Positions 26,016 to 35,471 of a DNA stretch of 50,169 nucleotides are shown here, one piece after another. Below the pieces are notes generated by a model. That model saw only the letters and a program-made list of their open reading frames with translations, did no database searches and was not told the DNA's origin. Numbering within the stretch: the first letter of the stretch is position 1; each line of letters begins with the position of its first letter. The stretch spans positions 1 to 50,169 of the forward strand of contig JACQTY010000166.1 of assembly GCA_016210545.1 (NCBI GenBank), in the 5' to 3' direction. The translations under genes were made by a program, and so were the position numbers. The stretch is from Chloroflexota bacterium (GTDB lineage: Bacteria; Chloroflexota; Dehalococcoidia; JACVQG01).

Positions 26016-26123
26016 AGAAGCGGCTATTTTCGGGGGAGGGGCTGTCGGGTCATGCGGCCTGTATCTTGTTTGAGATTTGGGGCCCGGGATTTGGAATCTT
26101 CTGCCCGGAAAGGATCCAGAGTT

Positions 26124-27002
26124 GTGAGTAAGCCGTCGCGCCTTGTCCTTCCTTTGGGCCTTGCTGTGGCACTGGTCGTCGCCGCGCCCGGCTGCTCCGA
26201 CTTCGACGCCCTGCCCGGCGCACCCTCCGACCTGCAGACACAGGGCTTCGACATGTTCAAGAAAAGCACCTTCAAGGAGAAGGCCGACGAGTTCAATGCG
26301 AGATATACGAGTACGCTGGATGACCTTCTCGCCTACCAGGAGAATGCTGACCTGGACAAGATCGAGGCAAAGCGAGAGGAACTGGTGTCAGAAGCCAATG
26401 CCCTGGTAGCCAAGCTGCAGGCCGCGGCCGAGGGGCTGCAGGTGAGCCTTGATCGGTCGACCCAACAGGCGGCAGCAAACCAGCCCGGCGCGCAGACCAG
26501 GGGCACAGACATGGCCTTCCGGAATGCCCTTCAACAGAAAGCCGACGAGTTCTATTCGCAGTATACGGCCGTGGTGGACGATATGCTGGAGTACGAGAAG
26601 GACGGAGACCTCCAGAAGCTGGAAAGAAAACGACAACAGCTTATATCTCAGGCCGACGCCCTTAAATCGAAACTAATAGAGCTGGCAAACAGGCTCCAGC
26701 CGAGGAAGGACAACCCCCCCACGGAGGAGACCACCGGGATCAAGATAGCTGGCATCGACCCTCTGGATAGAAAGGCAGCCGAGGACAAGGCCGAGGAGTT
26801 CTACACAAGATACGCGGCCACAATCGACGACATGCTGTCCTTCCAGGAGCAGCCGGATTACAGGAAGGCCGAGGAGAAAGGCCAGCTACTGGCGACCGAG
26901 GCAAATACACTGGCCTCCAAATTTCGCGAGACGGCTACCAGGCTCCAGGCTACCCTGGACAGACTGAGAAGGCAGGGATTTGGGCCAGGCAGGCAGCAGT
27001 GA
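26124..27002 (+). CDS. Lipoprotein with three internal helical repeats
   Basis: Signal peptide with lipobox APGC; three copies of KADEF(Y)..Y...DD...YQ. Confidence 0.8.
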   Translation: MSKPSRLVLPLGLAVALVVAAPGCSDFDALPGAPSDLQTQGFDMFKKSTFKEKADEFNARYTSTLDDLLAYQENADLDKIEAKREELVSEANALVAKLQAAAEGLQVSLDRSTQQAAANQPGAQTRGTDMAFRNALQQKADEFYSQYTAVVDDMLEYEKDGDLQKLERKRQQLISQADALKSKLIELANRLQPRKDNPPTEETTGIKIAGIDPLDRKAAEDKAEEFYTRYAATIDDMLSFQEQPDYRKAEEKGQLLATEANTLASKFRETATRLQATLDRLRRQGFGPGRQQ

Positions 27003-27088
27003 ACCTGGCGGGGGGCGTGTCTGTGGCGCAACCTGGCGACACCGGATATGTGGGCGGAACGAGGTGCAAGGGACGGCGGAGTAACCAG

Positions 27089-28018
27089 ATGGAACATGTG
27101 TCCAGGCCAGACCGGCGGGTCCGAGGCCGGCCAGTCTACTTCATACTGCTGACAGCCCTGCTGTTGGCCTTACCGGCCGGCATCGCCGGTTGTTCCCTTT
27201 TTTCGGGCGAGCTCGCCGGCGCGGACGAGTCCGATACACCAGGTCTGGAAACCCTCACCCGCAAGGCCCTCCAGGAGAAGGCCGATGAGTTTCAGGTCAG
27301 ATACCGGGGACTGCTGGACGACATAGCTTCGTACCAGAAGGACCCCGACCACAAGAGGGCCGAGGGGCAACGTCAGAAGCTCATTATCGAGGCCAACTCC
27401 CTTGCGTCCGGTTTTCACGAACTGGCCGATGCGCTGCAGTTGAAACTCGAACAGCCGGCGCCCGATGGGGCCGGCAGCGCTCCCCCATCGGAGATCGGTG
27501 GCATCGACATACTGAATAGGAAAGCCTACGAGGCGCAGGCCGACGAACTCCGCCGGAGATACACCGGGATCGTCGATGACCTCAAGTCCTACGAAAAGGA
27601 CCCCAACTACCAGAAGGCCGAGGAGAAACGGCAACAACTCATTTCAGAGGCCCGCGCCCTGGCCGCCGGTTTCAAGCAACTGGCTGACAGCCTCGATCCC
27701 AGGCGAGTCAGGTCTGGGACCCCTGAGGACTTCCCCGCCGAACTCGGCGCGCAGACCCTCGGCATAGACATATTCGACAAGAAGGCCGTGCTGGCCAGGG
27801 CCGATGAGTTCTATTCCAAATACACGGGGGCAGTGGAAGACATTTCATCTTATCAGAGCAATGCCGACTACAAGAGGGCCGAGGAACAGCGGAGGAACAT
27901 GGTGGCCCAGGCCGACTCCCTGGCCTCGTCGTTCTACGACCTGGCCAACAGGCTCTTGAAAGTGCTGGGTAAACTTGTCCCCGGTATTGAGGAGGTAGGC
28001 AAGCTGCCACCACGGTAA
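27089..28018 (+). CDS. Paralogous lipoprotein with three internal helical repeats
   Basis: Lipobox IAGC; three copies of the same repeat as the upstream gene. Confidence 0.82.
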   Translation: MEHVSRPDRRVRGRPVYFILLTALLLALPAGIAGCSLFSGELAGADESDTPGLETLTRKALQEKADEFQVRYRGLLDDIASYQKDPDHKRAEGQRQKLIIEANSLASGFHELADALQLKLEQPAPDGAGSAPPSEIGGIDILNRKAYEAQADELRRRYTGIVDDLKSYEKDPNYQKAEEKRQQLISEARALAAGFKQLADSLDPRRVRSGTPEDFPAELGAQTLGIDIFDKKAVLARADEFYSKYTGAVEDISSYQSNADYKRAEEQRRNMVAQADSLASSFYDLANRLLKVLGKLVPGIEEVGKLPPR

Positions 28019-28063
28019 GCAACTCTTCGGGCGGCAGACCGCTATTCTTTTTTCCCAGGGGTA

Positions 28064-28092
28064 TTGCAATTTGCCTGGGAGTGGTTTATAGT
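28064..28092 (+). promoter_or_regulatory. Sigma70-type promoter
   Basis: TTGCAA-17-TATAGT about 150 nt upstream of the zinc-binding gene. Confidence 0.65.
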
Positions 28093-28239
28093 AGGTTCGG
28101 TAGAGCCGATTTCGATGCCAGCTCCGTTATCCAAATGGCGAGGTGTGAGAACCTCAACTCAGGTTAAGGGTCTTGAGCCTCAGGGGACTGCACAGAAACC
28201 AGGCAAGCCAATTAACAGGAAAGGAGGTGCAGAATCCCT

Positions 28240-28539
28240 ATGGCCGACAAGAACTTAACGTGTCGCGACTGTGGCAAGACCTTCGTGTTCACTACTGGTG
28301 AGCAGGAGTTCTATCAGAGCCGTGGGCTCATGAACGAGCCCACCCGCTGTCCGGAGTGTAGAGCTTCGAAGAGGCAGGAGCGTTCCAGAGGTGGCTACGG
28401 CGGCGGAGGCACCCGTGAGATGTTCACGGTGACCTGCGCAGCGTGTGGCAAGGAGACGCAAGTCCCCTTCCAGCCCCGACAGGATCGCCCAGTCTATTGC
28501 AGCGACTGCTACAGCAAGACGAAACCAGCCAGGCGCTAA
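28240..28539 (+). CDS. Zinc-ribbon / CxxC-x17-CxxC domain protein
   Basis: DKNLTCRDCG..F.FT.GEQEFY..P.RCPECR and CAACG..VPFQP..RPVYCSDCY; AAAGGAGG RBS. Confidence 0.92.
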   Translation: MADKNLTCRDCGKTFVFTTGEQEFYQSRGLMNEPTRCPECRASKRQERSRGGYGGGGTREMFTVTCAACGKETQVPFQPRQDRPVYCSDCYSKTKPARR

Positions 28540-28617
28540 ATGGGCCTTCGGTAGCACTGGCGACTAAATGAAATTATCGTCAGTTAGCTCAGTGAAGTAA
28601 GCTCAATTGGTGACCCG

Positions 28618-28661
28618 AAAGGGGCCGCCCCGGTGTGATACCGGGGCGGCCCCTTTATTTT
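28618..28661 (+). terminator. Intrinsic terminator
   Basis: AAAGGGGCCGCCCCGGT-GTGAT-ACCGGGGCGGCCCCTTT followed by ATTTT. Confidence 0.85.
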
Positions 28662-28689
28662 ACCCGCGTGCCGTCGTCGCCATAGGAAC

Positions 28690-29320
28690 CTCACGGGCGG
28701 TTCGCGAATCGCCCTCACGACGGCTCGAAACAACCTCTTTGCCAGCTAGCGTCTCGACTGGACATTAACTTACGGTGTATCAACGTCTTGGGTCTGGACT
28801 CTTGCGCGATGGAGAAAACCCCAACCCCCTTTACGTAAAGGGGGCGCCGAAGGTCGGCGTTGCGGACCCTCGCTGGCGGAGCGGGGGATCTTGTACACTG
28901 GATTCCCGCTTCCGCGGGAATGGGGAAATAGCTGTTTTCGGGTGAACCGTTCATGCCCGCTTGCGCTGAGCGCCGCGAAGGATGAAAATAGCCCGCCCGC
29001 GGCCCGTAGTCGCCCAATTCATTGGGCAGACCCTGCCCCGACCTGTCGGGGCAACTACATTTTCACGGGGCTATTTTCGGGAGAACTTCCATCCCGACCA
29101 GTCGGGACAACGCAGATATGAAAATGGCTGCCACCGTCATTTCGAGTCCCGAATCGGCTGGGGGGCATCCCGGTAGGGTGGGACGAAGTCCCGAAGCACC
29201 GGGACTCCTGGATGAACGGTTGGCGCTAACGTCATGAGATTGCTTCGCGGAGTTTTACCCTGTCCGAGTAAAACATCGGACTCCGTGCGCGGAGAGCAAC
29301 GCGAAGGGCTCGCAATGACA
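28690..29320. repeat. Intergenic mosaic of palindromic repeat families
   Basis: GGGCGGTTCGCGAATCGCCC, CCCCCTTTACGTAAAGGGGG, GGATTCCCGCTTCCGCGGGAATG, CCCGA-N4-TCGGG (29037, 29093), GAGATTGCTTCG...CTCGCAATGACA. Confidence 0.7.
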
Positions 29321-29453
29321 ACAAGGTCTATTTTCGGGAATCCCTCAGTTCCTGCTTGTCAGGCCGGGAATGTCGCCACGTCGGTAGGCGCCATATTGCC
29401 ATCATGTAAAGACATGTCAGGACACTGGGTCCGACCGTTTTGGTAACCCCGCC

Positions 29454-29482
29454 TTGACTGCCCTCTTTCCCCAAGCTATGCT
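29454..29482 (+). promoter_or_regulatory. Promoter for a leaderless transcript
   Basis: TTGACT-17-TATGCT, 6 nt before ATG 29489. Confidence 0.7.
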
Positions 29483-29488
29483 AGGCGC

Positions 29489-30256
29489 ATGAGCGCTGAG
29501 CAAGTCACCTTACATGTTGACGGCCTCGCCATCGCCGGAGAGATCCATCTTCCCGTATCTGAGCATTCCACTTCCCACTTCCCATGTCTCATCCTGTGCC
29601 ACGGCATACCGGCCGGCCCCTACGACCCTTCGGACAGGAGCTACGCACAATTGGCGGAAAGGACAACGGGGCTGGGCTTCGCCGTCTTCATCTTCAACTT
29701 CCGCGGCGCCGGCCTCTCCCAGGGCAACTTCGATATCCTGGGCTGGGCGCACGACCTCCACGCCGCCATCGACTACGTGCATGAGCGCGAGGAGATAGAC
29801 AGGAGACTGCTCTTTGTCCTCGGCTCCAGCGCCGGCGCCGCCGTCTCGGTCTACGTTGCCGCCCACGATCCACGGGTGTCTGCGCTGGCCTGCCTGGCCT
29901 GCCCCGCCCGGTTCGGGGTAGAGAAAGGCGACGCCAACCGGCTCCTGGACCAGTCGCGGCGGGTCGGCATTATCAAGGACCCGGCCTTCCCGCCATCGGT
30001 AGAGGAATGGAGGGCCAACTTCCGAGAGGTCAGCCCTATCCGCTGGATCGATAGGGTGTCGCCGCGGCCGCTATTGCTCATCCACGGGGAGCAGGATGAG
30101 CTCATCCCGGTGGGCCAAGCAAGCGCCCTGTTCGACAAGGCAAAGGACCCTAAAGAACTGGTGCTTCTGCCGGGGCTGGGCCACCGGCTGCGTCGGGAGG
30201 AGAAGCCGATGCAGGTAGCGCTGGAACGGTTCCGAAGACTCTCCTCTACCACGTAG
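29489..30256 (+). CDS. Alpha/beta fold hydrolase
   Basis: ILCHG, FNFRG, GSSAG nucleophile elbow, HGEQD, GH. Confidence 0.9.
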   Translation: MSAEQVTLHVDGLAIAGEIHLPVSEHSTSHFPCLILCHGIPAGPYDPSDRSYAQLAERTTGLGFAVFIFNFRGAGLSQGNFDILGWAHDLHAAIDYVHEREEIDRRLLFVLGSSAGAAVSVYVAAHDPRVSALACLACPARFGVEKGDANRLLDQSRRVGIIKDPAFPPSVEEWRANFREVSPIRWIDRVSPRPLLLIHGEQDELIPVGQASALFDKAKDPKELVLLPGLGHRLRREEKPMQVALERFRRLSSTT

Positions 30257-30330
30257 GGGACAATGGGGGCGCGCTGAGGTGAGCCGGCTTTGGCGCGGCA
30301 GTTCAGGGCCGGCAAAGGAGGCGCTAACAA

Positions 30331-30732
30331 ATGGAATGGGAAAAGGCTTCCCCGGAGCTGAGCCGACTGCTCGATGCCGCCACGAAACCGTTTGCCTGCC
30401 AGAAGAAGACCATGTTCGGAGCGCCGGTCTACGTCGTCGGCGGCAACATGTTCGCCGGGGTCCACGCCGATAGCATCTTCATCCGCCTGTCTGAGCCTGA
30501 CAGGAAAGAGATTGCCGCGTTGCACGCCACGTCCCCCTTTGAACCGGTGAAGGGGCATGTTATGAAAGAGTATGTCAGCCTAACCCAGGCTGTCTATCGG
30601 GATGAGAAGGCTATGCAGGCGTGGCTGGAACGCGCCTTCGAGTTTGCCCGGGCCCTTCCCCCCAAAGAGCCAAAACGCCGGCCCTCCAAAGCCGCGCCAG
30701 GCGAGATAGAGGACCACGAAGCTGAGAGCTAA
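30331..30732 (+). CDS. TfoX/Sxy N-terminal domain protein
   Basis: KKTMFG..NMFAG..MKEYV..WLERA..LPPK; AAGGAGG RBS. Confidence 0.85.
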   Translation: MEWEKASPELSRLLDAATKPFACQKKTMFGAPVYVVGGNMFAGVHADSIFIRLSEPDRKEIAALHATSPFEPVKGHVMKEYVSLTQAVYRDEKAMQAWLERAFEFARALPPKEPKRRPSKAAPGEIEDHEAES

Positions 30733-31358
30733 CTGACTATCCCCTTCAGGTCTCTCCCCAGACACACTGCTCCACGACCGAGCCTATCCGTCGCCTTCCC
30801 TCACCGGTCCCCTCCCACCGTAGGGGTCGTCATGTCCCCCCTCACCGCGCCCCGGAGAATGAAAACATCAAGCACGGCGCTTTGCACGGGGACGGCGTAA
30901 CTCCCACTCCCCTCTTCAAGAACAGCGCTCTTCATTCGCCCTCAGCCGGCGAGGCTGACATTCGGGCTATGTCACCGGGGACGCATCGCATCCTATTCCT
31001 CTCCGGGCCTGCATCGGCCATCCGGTCATCGCCAGATCTCTTCGGTAACGTTACTTCCCGACGGATGCCACGCGCTGAGACGACAAGAAATGTGCCATTT
31101 GGCCTATTTACAGGCCCAGTATGCAACGGTATAGTAGTGGTTGCGTATCCTATTACTAGCGTTAATTTCTGTTAAGAACTGTATAGGCATCGTTAATACT
31201 CCGTATAAACTCCTGAGGCGGTCCAGGCCGGCTTTATCAACGTGTCGACGGGCGCCTTTCCACACAAAAGGGGGTGAGAGCGCGGAACCAAAATACGGGC
31301 ATTACCCACACCTGCATCCCAGGAGAGCCAACTCAGATCTACAAGAAAGGAAAAATCG

Positions 31359-31994
31359 TTGAAAACCAAACTATTCGTGATAGCTCTAGCCGTCATGCTG
31401 TTGGCAGCAGGGACGGGCGGCGACCTGGCTTCCGCGACGGGCAACGGCGCCCCCAGCGGCGAGCACTATAACCTGAACATCATCGGCGTGCCCAAAGCAA
31501 AGACCGCAGACATGACCAACGACGACGGTCACAGGATCTTTGTGGCCCTGGGGAACAAGACAGGCGATCCGGTCAACACCAAGATAGCTCTGTCCCAGAG
31601 CACAGATGGCACATTCCGTGTGCTGGATGCTAACGGGACCGACGGCAAGGCGGCCTTCCAACTGCCAGCGCCAGGCTCCTACACTATCTGGGCGCGGCCC
31701 CTCGGCCAGCCTGGCGGCCAGGCCAAGGTGACCACCTGCGCCATAGACCCTGTTACCGGCGAGGAAGTATGCTCCACCTCGTTTGAGGTATTTGTCCGCG
31801 GCGCCGGCCAGTCCAAATTCACCGACGTCACCACGAACCTGACCTTCATCGTGTTGGACCCGTCCCTGACCGAGCTAATCACGGCTTGCGACGGCGCCAC
31901 CGTCAGCCTCTTCAGCCCCTGCCTGCAAGGCTATTTCTGGAACTACGCCAACAACGGCCTGAAGCTGCTGCAACTGCGGTTCTACCCCAACTAG
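31359..31994 (+). CDS. Secreted hypothetical beta-rich protein
   Basis: Signal peptide; GNGAPSGEHYNLNIIG; four Cys; ends LQLRFYPN. Confidence 0.75.
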   Translation: MKTKLFVIALAVMLLAAGTGGDLASATGNGAPSGEHYNLNIIGVPKAKTADMTNDDGHRIFVALGNKTGDPVNTKIALSQSTDGTFRVLDANGTDGKAAFQLPAPGSYTIWARPLGQPGGQAKVTTCAIDPVTGEEVCSTSFEVFVRGAGQSKFTDVTTNLTFIVLDPSLTELITACDGATVSLFSPCLQGYFWNYANNGLKLLQLRFYPN

Positions 31995-32195
31995 GGTAAC
32001 CCTCACGGCAGCACTGAATGCGCCGCAGAAGCCGCGAGAGCTCGTGGCTTCTGCGTTCGCGCCGCTGAGGCCTCCCTCAACGGATGTCCTCGAACCAATC
32101 CCCCAACCCAACACGACGCAAAAGATCTCTATCGCCCCCCCCGCTCAGCCGTTGAATAATTTACCAAGACCGTCAACAATCTCTGGCCTTACCTC

Positions 32196-32255
32196 TTGAC
32201 AACCTTCCTTTTCGCCTCTATAATGTTGATGTTTTGAATCAACAATACTGTTGAT
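32196..32255 (+). promoter_or_regulatory. Consensus sigma70 promoter with overlapping inverted-repeat operator
   Basis: TTGACA-17-TATAAT (32196-32224); TGTTGAT-N7-ATCAACA-N4-TGTTGAT (32224-32255). Confidence 0.8.
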
Positions 32256-32256
32256 G

Positions 32257-32354
32257 GCGGCCTGTGACCAATGGTGGGGTAGGTAAGAGAAGGACGCCGA
32301 CCAGACTTACTGCCCGGTACTTCGAGTTTCCTTCGGGAGGCACAGTGAAGCCGC
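32257..32354 (+). ncRNA. Candidate structured cis-regulatory leader RNA
   Basis: GCGGC/GCCGC, CTGTG(A)CC/GGCACAG, GGGTAGGTAAG/CTTACTGCCC and a TCC-UUCG-GGA hairpin; together they would sequester the GGGAGG RBS and GTG start. Confidence 0.45.
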
Positions 32355-32518
32355 AGGAAGAACCAAGAAGGGACATGCCCGAATACGTGCCTGGGTTGCC
32401 TGTTGGTGAGATTGTTAGGGCGCTCAACAGTGTCCGGTTCGGGGAGGTGCGCATAGTCCGTCAGAACGCGAACATCGTACAGATCGACAAGATTGAAAAG
32501 ACGCGGTTCACTCAGTAA
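32345..32518 (+). CDS. YezD / DUF2292 family small protein
   Basis: I..AL..VRFGEV.I..QN..IVQIDK.EK.R signature; GGGAGG RBS then GTG 32345 (alternative ATG 32375). Confidence 0.8.
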   Translation: MKPQEEPRRDMPEYVPGLPVGEIVRALNSVRFGEVRIVRQNANIVQIDKIEKTRFTQ

Positions 32519-32606
32519 CCCGACAACGGGCGATGGCATGGAAAACTCAAGTATTTGGCCTGCTGACCGGACATCTGGAGGCCTGGGCCGAGAGAGGTTT
32601 GTTCAA

Positions 32607-33647
32607 ATGAAGGGTCTCATCAAGGGTAAGCAGGCTTTATCGTTGAGCGCAATACTCGGAATACTGATGGTCATCAGCGCTTGCGCCCCCAGGGAGCCGG
32701 TATCTTCAACACCAGCACCGTCCCAGCCGGCCTCTTCATCTCTGCCGGCGCGGCCATCGGGAACAGGCCCCACGCTAACGGGTAAGATCACTGTGTCCGG
32801 CGCCTGGGCGCTCTATCCTATGATGGTGAAATGGGCTGAGGAGTTCCAGAGGACAAACCCCGGCGTGAAGATCGATGTGTCGGCGGGGGGAGCGGGAAAG
32901 GGAATGGCTGACGCCTTGTCCGGCCTGGCGGACATCGGCATGGTAAGCCGCGAGGTTTACCCTGTGGAGATCGACAAAGGGGCGTTCTACGTGCCATCGG
33001 TGATAGATGCCGTGGTCGCGGTTGCCAGCGCCGGGAATCCGTTCAAAGACGATATCCTGGCCCGGGGCATAGGGAGGCAGGCTTTCACTGGTATCTGGAT
33101 AAACAGGAACGTAGCTAACTGGAGGGACGTTTTCCCGGGGGCAAAGGCTTCCGGCAAGACCGACATTCACGTTTATACCCGCAGCGACGCCGCGGGCGCG
33201 CCGGAGACCTGGGCCAAATACCTGGGTGCGAAACAGGAAGACCTCCTCGGGACCGGCGTCTATGGCGACCCGGGACTGGCCGAGGCAGTGCGGAGAGACC
33301 CGCTGGGGATTGGCTTCAACAACATCAGCTATGCCTATGACATCAGGTCCGGGAAACAGGTGGATGGATTGGTGGCCATCCCCATCGACGTCAACGAGAA
33401 TGGCAAGATCGACCCTGAGGAGGCAGTTTACGGCTCCCTGGACGACATAACCCAGGCAATAGCCAAGGGGGTCTATCCATCCCCCCCGGCCAGAGAGCTC
33501 AATCTGGTGACCCTCCGGGAGTTCAAGGGAGTCACCAGGGAGTTCATCAAGTGGATTCTAACCGAGGGGCAGAAATATGCTCCGGAGGCGGGCTATATTC
33601 CGCTGTCTCAGGCAAGGGTGGATAGCCAGCTTCCCAAACTGCGGTAA
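32607..33647 (+). CDS. pstS: PstS-like ABC substrate-binding lipoprotein
   Basis: Lipobox ISAC; ITVSGAWALYP, AGGAGKG, DIGMVSR, EFIKWIL..GQ..GYIPL. Confidence 0.85.
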   Translation: MKGLIKGKQALSLSAILGILMVISACAPREPVSSTPAPSQPASSSLPARPSGTGPTLTGKITVSGAWALYPMMVKWAEEFQRTNPGVKIDVSAGGAGKGMADALSGLADIGMVSREVYPVEIDKGAFYVPSVIDAVVAVASAGNPFKDDILARGIGRQAFTGIWINRNVANWRDVFPGAKASGKTDIHVYTRSDAAGAPETWAKYLGAKQEDLLGTGVYGDPGLAEAVRRDPLGIGFNNISYAYDIRSGKQVDGLVAIPIDVNENGKIDPEEAVYGSLDDITQAIAKGVYPSPPARELNLVTLREFKGVTREFIKWILTEGQKYAPEAGYIPLSQARVDSQLPKLR

Positions 33648-33674
33648 ACGCGATCTAACGACGTGTTGCGAGGC

Positions 33675-33702
33675 GCAGGGGCGCAGCATGCTGCGCCCCT
33701 AC
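33675..33702. repeat. REP-like palindrome between pstS and pstC
   Basis: GCAGGGGCGCAGCATGCTGCGCCCCTAC. Confidence 0.75.
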
Positions 33703-33729
33703 TGCGGGCAAACCTCGTTCTCCGGGTGA

Positions 33730-34602
33730 GTGTTTGATTTGATATCTAAGAGAAGACTGGCAGACCTCGTATCGACGAGGCTGATGCTGGCGGCGACGGC
33801 CCTTGTCGGCGTCACCGTCCTGTTCATAGCCGTCATGCTTTTCTTGAAAGCCAGGCCTATTCTGGCAACAAACTCGTTGGGCGACCTGTTCCTTTCGTCT
33901 TCGTGGCGTCCCTCCAGGGGCGAGTTTGGCCTGTTCCCCTTTATCATGGGCACCCTGTGGGTGACGGTCCTGGCGGGCATTATTGCTCTGCCGGTCAGCA
34001 TTTTGGGCGCCCTTTACATTACGGAATATGCTCCGCCCAGGGTGCGGGCTGTAGCCAAGCCCGTCGTTGACGTTCTGGCCGGAATCCCGCCGGTAGTGTA
34101 TGGCGTCTGGGGCCTGGTGGCGTTGTCCATCGGCGGCATCGCGATCGGGTTCAACGTGCTGTCCGGCAGCATAGTGTTGGCGATAATGGTAATACCGGTG
34201 ATACTGGGTGTGTCGGAGGAGGTATTCCGGATGGTGCCCCAGGATGTCAAGGAGGCATCTCTGGCAGTGGGGGCCACCAAATGGGAGACAGCCAGGAATG
34301 TGGTCATACGGAGCTCCCTGCCGGGGCTGGCGGCGGCGACGATCCTGGGTTTCTCCCGCGCCTTTGGCGAGACTATGGCGGTGCTCATGGTGGTGGGGAA
34401 CATCGCCAGGGTACCCTCATCGCCGTTGGACCCGGCATACCCCCTGACAGCGCTGATCGCCAACAACTACGGAGAGATGATGTCCATTCCCCTCTACGAC
34501 TCGGCCATCCTGCTGGCGGCCCTGGTGCTGCTTCTGGTAGTGCTGTTCTTCAACATCGCCGCAAGGCTGGTCCTGATAAAGGTCCAGCAGAAGTGGGCCT
34601 AG
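33730..34602 (+). CDS. pstC: PstC-like ABC permease
   Basis: LAGIPPVVYG, EASLAVGATKWET, SRAFGETMAVLMVVGN. Confidence 0.9.
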   Translation: MFDLISKRRLADLVSTRLMLAATALVGVTVLFIAVMLFLKARPILATNSLGDLFLSSSWRPSRGEFGLFPFIMGTLWVTVLAGIIALPVSILGALYITEYAPPRVRAVAKPVVDVLAGIPPVVYGVWGLVALSIGGIAIGFNVLSGSIVLAIMVIPVILGVSEEVFRMVPQDVKEASLAVGATKWETARNVVIRSSLPGLAAATILGFSRAFGETMAVLMVVGNIARVPSSPLDPAYPLTALIANNYGEMMSIPLYDSAILLAALVLLLVVLFFNIAARLVLIKVQQKWA

Positions 34603-35454
34603 ATGCAGCGGAGGAAGACAGAAGAGGCCGTCTTCAAAGGCTTGATGATAGCCTCGGTGTCCATCGTGGCGGCGGGCCTGCTTACCATCGTGGCCGTGAT
34701 AGCCTGGAAGGGTGTTCCGGCCCTCAGCATTGGCATGATAACGCAGACCCCTAAAGGCGGGTTCTACCTGGGCAAAGAGGGGGGCATCCTGAACGCAATT
34801 GTTGGCTCTCTCTACCTGGCCGGGGGGGCTACGTTGCTGGCCCTGGTCATCTCTCTGCTGGTGGCCCTCTTTCTACAGCGGGAATACATAGGTAAGAGTC
34901 GGTGGGCTGGCGTTGTCCGTTTGTCGCTGGACGTCCTGTGGGGGGTCCCGTCCATCGTCTACGGCGCCTTCGGTTTCGTCATTATGGTCTATCTGGGCAT
35001 GAGGGCGTCACTGCTGGGGGGCATTATAGTCCTGACGCTCCTGGAGATACCCATCATGGCCAGGGCCCTGGACGAGGTATTGAGAGCGGTGCCCAGGGAG
35101 TTGAAAGACGCCTCATATGCCCTCGGGACGACGCGTCTGGAGACCAGTTTGAACGTCGTGACCAGGCAGGTATTGCCCGGGATCTTGACCGCCGTGTTAC
35201 TGGCCTTCGGCCGGGGGATCGGCGACGCCGCTTCGGTGCTATTCACCGCCGGATATACGGACCGCATCCCGACCTCATTGCTAGACCCGGTGGCCTCCCT
35301 GCCGTTGGCCATATTCTTCCAGCTTGGCACGCCGTTCCCCGAGGTGCAGGCCCGGGGCTACGCCTCGGCGGTCGTCTTGCTGGTGATTGTACTTCTGATC
35401 GCGGTGGGATCCCGGGTACTGTCCCGGAGACTCACCAAATACGTGGTCAAGTAG
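34603..35454 (+). CDS. pstA: PstA-like ABC permease
   Basis: GGILNAIVGS, GVPSIVYGAFG, DASYALGTTR, GRGIGDAA. Confidence 0.9.
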   Translation: MQRRKTEEAVFKGLMIASVSIVAAGLLTIVAVIAWKGVPALSIGMITQTPKGGFYLGKEGGILNAIVGSLYLAGGATLLALVISLLVALFLQREYIGKSRWAGVVRLSLDVLWGVPSIVYGAFGFVIMVYLGMRASLLGGIIVLTLLEIPIMARALDEVLRAVPRELKDASYALGTTRLETSLNVVTRQVLPGILTAVLLAFGRGIGDAASVLFTAGYTDRIPTSLLDPVASLPLAIFFQLGTPFPEVQARGYASAVVLLVIVLLIAVGSRVLSRRLTKYVVK

Positions 35455-35471
35455 AAACGAGACAGCCGTTA

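Noticed and set aside
34902-35471. N-terminal 190 aa of the 521-aa ORF
   Set aside because: Out-of-frame overlap with pstA; the real PstB starts at ATG 35472.
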